A stretch of 64,000 nucleotides of DNA from Ginglymostoma cirratum (taxonomy: Eukaryota): assembly GCA_024137785.1 (NCBI GenBank), contig JAHRHZ010000058.1, forward strand, positions 19,951,349 to 20,015,348. The letters run 5' to 3'. Below the pieces are notes generated by a model, which was not told where the DNA came from, ran no database searches, and saw only the letters and a program-made list of their open reading frames with translations. This document shows positions 52,740-64,000 of this stretch, piece by piece (the first letter of the stretch is position 1; the number at the start of each line of letters is the position of its first letter). The translations under genes and the position numbers were made by a program.

Positions 52740-53155
52740 ATTTCTTCCACAACCTGTATCTTCCACTGCTCTATCTGTCCCTCTCTGTGCCTCTGGCTGG
52801 GCCTCTTTCTCTTTTCCTCTTTTGTCCCTGTATTTCTTTATAGCTTCGACTTCCTTTTCTACTATCTCTTTCTGTCCTTTCCTGTGCTCCCCTTTCCCTA
52901 TTTCTTATTCTATCCTAGTTTCTGCCTCACACTCTTTCTGTTACACCTTCTTTCTTTACCTGCCTCTGTTTCTTTCAGTTTTTATTCCAATATCTCCACC
53001 TTGATCTTCCCTCCTTGTTACCATTTCAGTCCCTTTTTCAGTTTCTACCCCAATTCAATTCTGTATCAGGTTCAAACTCCTCCCCCTTACCTCTATCTTC
53101 CTTGAGTTTTATTTGTCTATTTGTTTCTGTTTCAATACTGTTACCGTCCTTCTGC
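52740..53155. repeat. Pyrimidine-rich low-complexity tract (similar tracts at 50000-50180 and 50550-50625)
   Basis: Strong C/T strand bias. Confidence 0.8.
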
Positions 53156-54494
53156 GCTATCTAACTTGTTATACCCACCCACTTGAATATCCCTTTTAAA
53201 TAGACACTATTGACAGATTTGAGTGGATAACAGTACTTGAAGATCTAAGCAGAATGTATTGGAACCACCAGCCTCAGGGAGAGTTTGCTTTGAAACTGTA
53301 CCATTTGACCACATTACATCATGATAACATAAAACAAACAAACAAAAAAAAGGCTTTACAAGGAGTTGAATGAATCTTGGGCCCACTAGTACATGAGAAT
53401 ACTTATTTCCATTGAATAGGAACAGAAGTCTCCAGACTTGAACATAGATTGCATGCATTTCACCTTCAAGTCAGTACACATTATGTCACTAATTTAGCAA
53501 GTTTGTTGATCTTCTCTCATTCAATAATGGAAAAGAAGAAGTCTTACAATTATCCCCCAACATTGTGTATGTTTACGTCAATAAATTAATATAGGGAAAT
53601 TGTCTTGTGTACACTGTAAAGAGCATAGTGATAGAGTTACTGATCTACAAAGGCAGAGACTGGGACAATGACTTTTATATTTTCATTTTAATAGACTTAC
53701 ACCATTCCTTTCTATGTCAGCGTCAACATCTGGTACACCTTTTATTTCTTCAAGTACAAATATATTGCTTTGCATGACTAGCTTTGGTATAAATTTTAAT
53801 TTTACTGACATTTACTTGTGGAGTGTCCAGAACCCAAGAATGCAACTCAGCTGAGACCTGTTCCAGCAAACTGTAGATTCTGCAGTTCATGTTGTCAGAC
53901 CCCAGAAAACAATGCTAAAATGTTCATAAGACTGAGTTGGAAGTTGCAAATACAGCTTTTAAAAAAAGATAAATTGACAGACTAATTTATATCATTGTCA
54001 AAATTGTTTTTACTTCATGTAAGTATCACTTGGCTGAGTAGTCACACTCCAATTTCCTTGTAAAAAGCTATGGATTGGGGTACTGCATCCAGGCTGACAC
54101 ATTGGTAGGATTTTACTGGAACTGGGCAGGTAGGGATGGGTGACGGATACCAATAACACTGTGAAAAGCCAGGTCGGATCAGCAACCACCAACCCTACCA
54201 CACGCCCCCACAACTGTGTGATAGGCAGCTGATTAAAATAATTAACATGCAATTTTATATTGATGTTGGCTTTTTGGCAATGGTAAGGCAATGCCTCCCC
54301 GGCTCTGTTGCAACTCTCAGGAGAGATCTGTACTCCCAGAGATGCTGTTCTGGCTTCAGGGCTGCTGGCTGTCTGTCAGACAGTGGGTCCACAGGCACTT
54401 AATTAGGAAGATGCCTATGGTAAAACTGAAAATGAACTTCTGCTTATCATTCTGGCTGAGGTATTAAAGCCCCTTATAACATTCATCTCCTCAT

Positions 54495-54810
54495 TGCAAT
54501 ACTGAAGGAATGCTGCATTGCAGGAAGTGTTGCATTTATGTGAAAAAGTATAAAAAGGACCCTCTCAGATACTAGATCAAGAAAAGAAAATGAGGAGTTC
54601 TACCAGTGTCTTAGCCAATTTTTATTCCACAGTTCCAAAACATAACTGTTCAGTATCATCCCTTGACTGATGGTTGGACCTTGTTGAGTGCAAATAGACT
54701 ATATGCTGTATTACATTACCGTAACCTTCCAAAGTAATAAATTGACTAAGAAAGTATTTTGAAATATCTTGAGGTTACAGAGGCACAAGATAAATGTGAG
54801 TCTTTCACTT
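54495..54810 (+). mobile_element. Deu-domain SINE remnant
   Basis: tactgaaggaatgctgcattg..ggagttctaccagtgtcttagccaat. Confidence 0.55.
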
Positions 54811-54849
54811 CTGCTTTGTTAGAAATATAGACAGATGTATAGAAGGTAT

Positions 54850-55875
54850 ATTGTGTTCATGCAGGTTGAAAAGAACCACCCAATCTTATCCCAACTTCCA
54901 GCTCTTAGTCCGTTAGGCCTGTAGGATATGTCACTTTAAGTTCATAATCAAGTGTTTGTTCAACGTTATGAGGGTTCCTGCTGCTGCCACCCTTTTGGGA
55001 AGCAAGTTCAAGACCCCTACTAGCCTCTAGGTGAAAAAGAAACTCCTGAAGTCCTTCCATCAATGACAAGTAAAAGTCATCATTGACTTACCAGACCATA
55101 GGCTGCTCTCTTGTTAGAGTGAGACAACTAGTGGAGGGTTACCAAACCTCAGGTAAAGGGAGAATTTGAGAGGAAAAGCCTTCATTGTAGCTTAAGCCAG
55201 TGCAAGAATTGAACCCAAACTGTTGGGGTTACTGTGCCTTGTAAACCAGCTGACCAGCCAACTGAGCTAAACCCCCTCTTCAATTTTATATGTCACAATT
55301 AAATCTCCCCTCGGCCTCTTTTGTTTTAAATAAAACATCCCCACCCCTATCCAATCTTTCCTGAAATTTAAAATTCTTTTATTGGCAACATCCTCATAAG
55401 TCTTTTATTTTACCCCCTAGCTGTGGTCTAAAAAATAACTTATACATTTCAAATGTACCCTTCCTGCTCTTGGAGTCAATTAGTAAAAGGTACCATTTAC
55501 CTTCTTGACTATCTTATCTAACTTCTGAAACCTGAAAGAATCTATAGACAAACATTTTAAGAACCCTGTGGTCATCTAAATTTCTCAGGATTTTAGCATT
55601 TATTGTAATTCTTTTTGCTTTGTTTCCCTTCCCAAATGTATTTCCTAACACTTCTCTATTTGAATTCCCCATACCATTTTTCTGCTAGTCTGATGATATT
55701 TTCCTGAAATATACAGCTTTCTGCCACATAATAGGGCCAATTTTATATCATCTGCAAATGTCTTAATTATGCCACTTATATTTGAATGCATGTTATTGAT
55801 ACATATCACGGACAACAAAGGACCTAGCATTGAGCCTTCAGGAATCCATCAAAAACAGTCTTCCCATCACAACAA
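54850..55875 (-). mobile_element. Decayed CR1 LINE containing a tRNA-SINE (55068-55270, -)
   Basis: Minus ORF 55645-55830 MLGPLLSVICINNMHSNISGIIKTFADDIKL is the RT FADD motif. Confidence 0.75.
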
Positions 55876-57204
55876 CACCTGTTAAATTCATGAAGAATTA
55901 CCAAGCATGTTTGTCCTTGCATTCCAATGTGTTTTGAATTTTTTTGTACTTACTGATATTATTAACTGATAAAATCACAGGCTTTTATTGTTATATAAAG
56001 CATTCCCATTCAGCTTTACATCAGACACTGTAATATTTTTATTAGTGAAACAATTTAAAACACAAATATTTTCTTTTCCCAAGCATGGCATCAAGCAGAC
56101 ATCAAGTAGATACTGCATTTATCTAATATGGCGCACCAGTCCAATATTCTAAATCAATGCCCGGTCAATGCTGTAGATTATGAAGGTGACTCGATTGAGT
56201 AAATAAGCATTAAACACAACCTTGACACTTTGTTCTCTTTATTTGTTGTATTGTTTTATTATTAAATGGGGTCTTTTCTTCTTGCCTGCTCCATCACCCT
56301 ATCCCACTTGCTGGTGTGGAAATCCACAGGTACTATCATGTCAGTTCCTTGCTCAGGTGACTTGTTTTGTGTCTGAGCCTTGACAAAGTGTATCAGCAGA
56401 CATTTGAATATCTGCACAAGCAATGTGAGCATAAATGTAACTTTACTGAAATTTCAACTTCTCCTTTTCCTGCAAAGATTGTTGGCTATAAATAGCAAGA
56501 AGCAGATTTCTCATCCACCTGGCATTAGCACCCTAACAGAAATTGTAATGTCAATCCAGTAGAGAGCAGTTACATCAGTTTACTTCATTACATTTTACAC
56601 ACTATTTTCAGGATATATTGAATTTGTTGGTACTTATGGTGTGTTACATGTTTAAGGGAGAGGCAGTGCCATTTAAGGGCTTAACATTTCTTCAGGTGGT
56701 GTTGAATTGAATCATTATATTTTTGGCAGTTCTTCCTGTGTTGGTGCATCATTCCTGTTTTACTACAAACATTTTCTGAGATATTTTGTTGGTCATCTAG
56801 TTGTGTTGGCATACAGAAAAAAAGATCTTGACTGTCTGGTACTTTTTGCAGCTGTTGCTGAACACTAATCTGCTTTGAGGAAGTCGGTGTAGGTTGAGAT
56901 CTAAGTTTTAATTTGATTTTCTTCTCTCAGTTGCATTTGAACTTTTAAGTCGGTTGTTGTACTAGGATTGACATCAAGAGTTAACAGGATGGCAATTTCC
57001 ACTTGACTTTATCAATGAAAAGGCCAGCTTCTATTGTCCGTACCAAATTGACCAGGAGTGATTAATGTTCAGCTATATTCTTGTAGAGCTCGTGTCTGTA
57101 TTGTAAAAATACTCTTGCAGTGCAGTTCAGTCGGAATGTCCAAGATTTTGATCCAGTGATGATGCAGGAACATCAACATATTTCCAAACCAGCATGACAT
57201 GTAG

Positions 57205-57345
57205 AAGCAATTTACTGTGGATGCTGGAAATTGGAAACAAACACATAGAATGCTGGAGAAACTCAAAAAATCTGGCAGCATCTATGGACAGAAAAGTGCT
57301 GCCAGACCTGTTCAGTTACTTCAGAATTCTCTGTGTTTGTTTCAG
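57205..57345. mobile_element. Family-A palindromic element, short
   Basis: gaaacaaacacatagaatgctggagaaact..tctggcagca / tgctgccaga..agttacttcagaattctctgtgtttgtttc. Confidence 0.75.
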
Positions 57346-58655
57346 GATAGTGTGCTCTTTGGTGGAGGTGAACTGCTTACATACCACCACCCTGAGATTG
57401 CAGAGATGCTATTAAAGAAGCTTGGGTGAGTTGCTACAGTGCATCTAGTAGCTTGTCTTGGAGGAAGTGAATGTTTACCTTGGTGGATGGAGATCCAATC
57501 CAGTAGTTGCTTTTGCTTGAATAGTATTGAGTTTCTTGAGTTTTGTCAAATTGCACTCGTCCAGGCAAGTGGAAAGTATTCCATCAGGGAAAATGATGGA
57601 CTAGTGGTATTAATCCAAAGACCAGGTAAAGTTTTTGGGGGACCCTGTTTTAAATACCACCATAACAGATGGTGGAATTTGAATTCAATCAATATCTGGA
57701 ATTAACAGTCTAATGATGATGGTGAAACTGTTTTGGATTGTTGGGGGAAAACCCACCTGGTTCAATTAAATGCCCTTTAAGGAAGGAAACTGCCATCTTT
57801 ATCTGGCCTGATTTACATGTGACTCCAGATGGCAAGGTGGTTGACTCTTAACTGGCAATTAGGGAAGGACAATAAATGCAGCCCAGCCAGTGATGCCCAC
57901 ACCCTGGAATGAACTTTTAAAAAAGCACACTCTGAATTACACCTTGTAGGTAGTGAAAAGCTTTGGGAGTCAGGGGGTTCTTCATGCAGCAAAATACCCA
58001 TCCACTGATCTGTTCTTGCAGCCACAATAGTTGGATCACTTACCTATCTGATCAATGGTAGCACACAATAACTCTGAACATCAAAAGTGGGAGACACAGC
58101 ATTGACAATGCTGTTGAACATCAAAGGATGATGGTTAGGTTCTCTTTTGTTGGACGTAGTCATTGCCTGAAACTTGTGAAACATCATTATACTTGGTACT
58201 TATCAACCTAAACCATAATGCTGTCCAGGTCTTGATATCTGCAGGCATGAACTGGTTCATGATTGGAGAGTGAAAATGGAACAGTGCAACCATCAATGAG
58301 CACCCCCACCTCTGACCTTATGATTGCGAGAAGGTCATTAATGAAGCACTTGAAGATGATTGGGCCGAAGATATCAGCAATGCTCTTGGGTTGAGACAAT
58401 TGGCTCCCCAAGCCAGAACCATCTTTCTGCACTAGGTATTACTCCAACCACTAGACTTTTATGCACCTGAATGTCACTGACTTCAATATTATTGTACATG
58501 TTGCTATTACTTTCAGTCAAATATGGCCTTGCTATCAAGGACAGTCACTCTCACCTGAACGCTGGAATTCAGCTCTTTTGCCATGTTTAGACTAAGGCTG
58601 TAATGAAGTCTGGAACTAAGTGGCTCTGCTGGATCCCAAACTAAGCATCAGCTTC
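57346..58655 (-). mobile_element. Decayed LINE (family of 3858-5830) with a nested tRNA-SINE at 57593-57915 (+)
   Basis: Minus ORF 58208-58432 IFGPIIFKCFINDLLAIIRSEVGVLIDGCT is a decayed RT motif. The SINE sits after tattccatca. Confidence 0.7.
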
Positions 58656-59086
58656 TGGCAAAAATACCTGTTCTGAGCAATAGTCTATGAGAATGTAGTT
58701 GGAATGGCACAACTAGAAGTCTCTCTCCGAAGAAAGAAGTCCTCTAAATATTTTACAAGACCCCGATGGAAAAAAAAAATGTTCCATTAATGATATTTTC
58801 CTTGAATAGAATTCCATACTCTTTTAAAACTAATAAACAACTGATGCTATCAAGAATAGAAGTTGTATTGCTGTTCTGCATCACAAACCTGATCCAGGAA
58901 AATATCTAAACCACAGTTAGAATTCTGATGGTCTGAGCCATTTCCCATTCTACTGAATTCCTCATTCAAGCATAAAATTTAAATCTGTGATACTGATCCA
59001 GGTTTGTAATGTTTCTTGATTCAGCAACCTGTTGTTGTCCACATTCAATCCACAATTCGCTGCTAACTAGACTTAACATTTTGAAT

Positions 59087-59236
59087 TAAAACCAAAAGAA
59101 CTGCGGATGCTGTAAATCAGAAACAAAAACAGAAGTTGTTGGAAAGGCTCAGCAGGTCTGGCAGCATCTATGGAGAGAAATCAAAATTAACATTTTGCAT
59201 CTGGTGACTGTTCTGAGAAAGGATCACCAGACCTGA
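59087..59236. mobile_element. Family-A element with one full arm and a very short second arm, 12-bp flanking direct repeat
   Basis: aacattttgaat at 59075-59086 and 59237-59248. Confidence 0.75.
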
Positions 59237-59410
59237 AACATTTTGAATATTGACTACTTTATATGAAAATCGTCTGTCTGAGTTTTGACAAATATGTTAA
59301 ACCATTCATTGAAGTCCATCATCCTTGGAACTATTCTTATAAATCATTCTGACATCCTCTCCAATGCACTCACAGCTTTCTTAAAGTACGGTGGCCAGAT
59401 TTGGACATGA

Positions 59411-61483
59411 TGGGTGGGATCTTACAGGGGTTTGAATGACGTGAGCGAAAGAGAGGCATGTGGCAGAATCGAGTGACAAGTCCAGCAGGCCCATCTCAAT
59501 GTCAGGAGCAATTTGCACCATCTTTTATGCTTTTAACAAATTGCATGATGTGATTCATGAGTTACTTATTGATGGTGACCATTGCTTGCTAAATGCCTCA
59601 ATAACATCCAAACCCATTCACTACTATTCAGCCACCCCATCTTACCACATTCACCAAACGAACTAAGCATCGAGAAAACTAGACAATGAGATGAACCAGA
59701 TCAAGTAGCTGGCAGATTCTCTTGCCACTTGCTTGGAACGATCCCTATGTTGGAAACTGGGCATCATGTTGCAGGGCACTGTCCACTGACATCAGCCACA
59801 AGCATACCACATCCACAGATATTGGCATCTTACATGTGCCAGCCTGTCAGAACCCTTATGCCGCATCTCCGATTCACTTCCAGGATGTTTTTGCACTTCA
59901 ACCTCTGGCTGCACCAAAAACTATTATTGTAATTGTGTAGCAAGGACATTGGGTGCTCAGGGGACACACACCCAACTCATTTATTGGGCCAGGCAGCATC
60001 TCCAGGCTCTTTGCTTGTTTTCATACCACTCATTCATTCCAATCTTGTCTGGATTCTCACAGTATGCCTGCTTTGCATTACCTTGCCTTATCTTTTTGCA
60101 CCTAACCCCTGCTGCCAGAGATAAAGGGTGGCAGATGGGGAGATCCTGAGTCAGTGAGTCGACAGTGCACCGATCATGTGGGATTATTGGAGGTTGGGGT
60201 GAATGGGAATGGCTGGGCACAATGTTGCAGGCAACAGGGAGAGTGGTAGAGCATAAGCCTTGATGGAACACCCCTTGCAGAGTGAGGAAGGACATTGACT
60301 TTCTTTCTACACTGCTGGGCATTTTGCCAAAGAGCTGCAACTGCTTTATCCTGGATGGCAACCTCAGACCTTTGCTAGCATGATTTGGTAATATGGCCTT
60401 CACAGCTGGTCCTGGGAGAGGAGGAAGTCCTGCCTTAGCACCACGCTGTCCAGTAGGACCCAGCCTACACAGCAGGGTGCTGATTTTAACCTGCCTGCAT
60501 TGTCCAGGGCAAATGTCAGGAACGTCTGTGATCACAGCATTTGTCCAGGTGCATAATGGACCATTAAAGGTGGCATGGGCACAAGGGATGTTGGTGAATT
60601 CTGGGACATTAGCTGAGTGGTGAGTTTGTCTGGAAATAGCACGTGCTAAGTTAGGGCCAGAATCAGACATTGTAGGGGTGTAGGTAATTAATGAGATAAG
60701 TTTGATAAGATATAGTGAGAAAACTTGTGAGGTCTAGTGGAGAAAAACCCATTAAAAAAACTCAATGCAACTCAGACTTAGTGAAAAAAAAAATGTAAAT
60801 TTCAGTCCAACGGATGGAATTTAATTGAGGCAACAGGAGTATCATCCACTGGTTGGAGAACAGATAGGAACCCTGTGTCACTTTTCCAGGTGCGGTCAGT
60901 GCAATACATCATTTACTTGGATAATGTTGGGACTGTCACAAATTAAGGCTCCAGGAGAGTGAAATCCTTGTCCCATGAGCTCTGGTCCATCAGAGATTGA
61001 CCGCTCCCTAGCACCCACTGGAAGTGATGGCCACTGCTGGTATTGCACTGGCATTCACACAGAGAATCAGTAATCAGATCACCTTCTGTAATGAGGTAAA
61101 TTGAGTGGAATGGGGCTCTTAGAGTACTGGCTGGGTGGAGGGGGTGGAAAGATGAGGGGAAGAAGGGGAATTAGCAGAGGTTGAGTTCTCTTTTCCTGGT
61201 TAAACAGTCACAGAGTGCTTGAGAATAAGGAAACTGTTGCAAACTCAACAGGGTGTTCTGGGCAGCCTTCCCAAATGGTCCTGCCTGCCATGAGTTGAAT
61301 GCCAATTGTCTCTAGGCAAGAAGGCCTCCCACATGCCTTCCCAAACCAGAATTAATTGGAGGGAGGCAGGAAGGCAGTGGTTCCCCACCCTGCACTCTCC
61401 AGCATAATCACAAGCTGAGTCCCATCAACAATCAGTGACATCTGGGGGTGGGTAGTGGAGGGCAGAGGTTATTAAATCCCACC
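59411..61483. mobile_element. Two abutting putative non-autonomous TIR elements (59411-60809 and 60812-61483) interrupting a minus-strand CR1 remnant
   Basis: Imperfect terminal inverted repeats (tgggtgggatcttaca / tgtaaatttcagtcca; gatggaatttaat / attaaatcccacc). CR1-like sequence ..ccagatttggaca resumes as ..ctccagttgagg. Confidence 0.45.
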
Positions 61484-63595
61484 AAAACTCCAGTTGAGGC
61501 TGAACCAGAACTTTATGAAGGTTCACCAAAACTTCCTTTTGTATTCAATGCCTCTATTTATGAAGATATGGATTACAATTGCCATTTGTCTTATCAACCG
61601 ATATCACAATGCTCCCGCACCCCGTTGTGTGGCATCCTTTATTTTACATTAACTCTCTTCATTCTTCCCACCAAATGTATCACTCCTCTGCTCTTTCCCA
61701 TGGCCCTGCTTGTTTTTTTTATTTTCTAATATATATCCAATTATTTTTTGAACATCACTCTTAAATCTTTTTCTATCATCTTTTCAGACATGCATTCCAA
61801 ATCATAATAAATTACTGTGCAAAGGAATCCCTCTTCCTCTTCCCTTGATTTATTTTTCCAATTATCTTAAATTAATGGTCTCTGGTTACCAGCTCTCCTG
61901 CCAGTGGAAACAGCTGTCGTTAGACACTTTAGTATTTTGAACTCAGAATTTTCAACAATTCTGTTAAATTCTCCTTATTATCCTTCTCTACCATAACAAT
62001 CACATTTTCACTAGTTTTATTATATAACTGAAGTCCCATATCATTGCTAGCAGTCTTCTAAATCTCCTTCACACCCTTTGCAAGGCCTTGACATCCATCC
62101 CAAATTGCACTGCCATCTGTCTGTACAGTTTAGCAAAGCTTATATTTTATGCAAACTATTTTAGTTTCTTCAATTACATTTTCGAAAGTAAACAAATCGT
62201 TTGATACATGACAGCCTAATAAACTAGTTGTTTGTTGTAGATAAGAGGGTGACATAAATAAATATTTACATTTTGGTGCAAGTATAAACAGAAAATGCTG
62301 TAAATACTCATCAGGTGAGATAGAAAACTGTGAAAAGAGCAACAGCATTTATATCTCAAACTGATGACCTTTCATCAGAACTTATTCATAAACAAAAATA
62401 AAGACATGATTGGAAGCAATACTAGCTCACAAATGTGCAGATTATATCATACAGTACTGGATCAGATATAAATAATGCTCCATATAACATAAAAGTGTGG
62501 TGTCTACAAATGTTAATACAAAGCAGCAAGTGATTTCAATTCTCAAAGATTTATATCAACTAATTCTGGCATGATTTACAGCTAAACTCAGGAGAACAAG
62601 ATGCCAATTAAAATAAGGGATCACATCCAAAATTAACCAATCTTTATGAGCCGCTTGCTGTGCCAATACATCATTTTAGGTTTTGATGTATTATTAAACT
62701 CAACAAACATTGTGTGTTAAGTTATTACAAATAAAATCATAAACATCATTATTAAAACTCTCCATATAGCTATATATTAGTAAAACTAGTGAGATACATT
62801 TTTATTCACCTTCATGGGTTGAAACAGGATGGTAGCATTCCTGTTGTACTGAGGAAAAGCACATCAACTCATTTTCCCTAATTCAGCTGACAGCAATTTA
62901 TTGGAAATGCCCTTTTGGACAGGCAACATTCCTGCTTGAGTTAGTCATTAGATGTTTTCAATTCTATAATCTGCATAGCATCCTGGCTTCCATTTTAGAC
63001 TTCTGGACATAACATGCACCGTGTACACTTATCATAGTATCAACTGGCAGTTCAACCAAACAGGAGCCAAGCAAATAAGTTCTTGCTCATTTTTGTAGGT
63101 CTGGGGGAACGCAGACTCGCTCAAGCTCCACAAAACCATCTGGAGTGACAACTATTGGAGAATACCCACACCCCCCCAATAAAAACTGATTATGTTCTTC
63201 CAGTCTATTCAATGGCCAGGCCACCAATACTGTCTGTTTTCTTTCTTGCATAGCCTGATGGCTCTTTTTTGAGACTGTGAGCTAGCTAGTGGGTATATTG
63301 TGCTGTTGGTCACCCCAAACCTGCCTGCAGTCAAAGTCTACCTCAACGACTGATTACAATATTTGATACCTGCAGGTGACAATTATTGTTGCATTGTGTG
63401 ATGTATTAAATAAAGAGGTATCATGCTGAAGTTAAACAACAACTCCACTATACTGACTGACATAAATGGAGTTTCAGTGACCTCTGGTCAACTTGTTCTA
63501 CACTTCTCCCCCTTTGCTTTATGCTGTTGCTGACAATAATTTCTGCAAAATGAGCATATTAATATTAATGCACAGACTGGACACACAAATGTAAA

Positions 63596-64000
63596 TTGTT
63601 TGTGATATACATAAATGATCTGGAGGAAGGTATAGATGGTCTGATTAGCAAGTTTGCAGATGACACTAAGATTGCTGGAGTAGCAGATAGTGAAGGGGAC
63701 TGTCGGAGAATGCAGCAGAATATAGATAGGTTGGAGAGTTGGGCGGAGAAATGGCAGATGGAGTTCAATCCAGGCAAATGCGAGGTGATGCATTTTGGAA
63801 GATCCAATTCAAGAGCGAACTATACGGTAAATGGAAAAGCCCTGGGGAAAATTGATGCACAGAGAGATCTGGGTGTTCAGGTCCATTGTACCCTGAAGTG
63901 GCAACGCAGGTGGATAGAGTGGTCAAGAAGGCATACGGCATGCTTTCATTCATCGGACAGGGTATTGAGTACAAGACTTGGCAGGTCATGTTACAGTTGT
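63596..64000 (+). mobile_element. Young 5'-truncated CR1/HER1-like LINE RT fragment running off the window
   Basis: LFVIYINDLEEGIDGLISKFADDTKIAGVADSEGDCRRMQQNIDRLESWAEKWQMEFNPGKCEVMHFG is open until an apparent 1-nt frameshift near 63897. Confidence 0.92.

Noticed and set aside
59981-60670. 229-aa minus-strand ORF
   Set aside because: No recognisable domain, non-protein-like composition, inside a probable repeat.

Overview
This is eukaryotic (vertebrate) genomic DNA. The repeat families (CR1/HER1-like LINEs, Deu-domain and tRNA-derived SINEs, abundant palindromic 'gatgctgcc..acctgctg' elements) suggest a cartilaginous fish; that is an inference. The window holds the last coding exon of GORAB (3286-3706, +) and a complete four-coding-exon PRRX1 paired-type homeobox gene (+; 24965-25214, 29394-29569, 33190-33365, 45017-45155; 246 aa with an eh1-like motif, Q50 homeodomain and OAR domain), the same GORAB-PRRX1 order as in tetrapods. 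The flanks and intron 3 are full of nested, decayed retroelements. About 13.3-31.3 kb is nearly repeat-free and CpG-retaining. Most notable: (1) two families of asymmetric palindromic insertions carrying degenerate type-I hammerhead-ribozyme cores (Penelope-like), several with 10-16 bp target-site duplications; (2) a candidate cassette exon in PRRX1 intron 3 resembling the mammalian OAR-removing exon; (3) a 166/167-bp local duplication whose two copies show asymmetric CpG decay; (4) a probable upstream non-coding exon with a TATA box and a strong-Kozak uORF. Nearly all other ORFs in the supplied track are spurious or TE remnants. Repeat boundaries were set by eye and are approximate unless a TSD is given. 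I found no convincing wholly new gene system.
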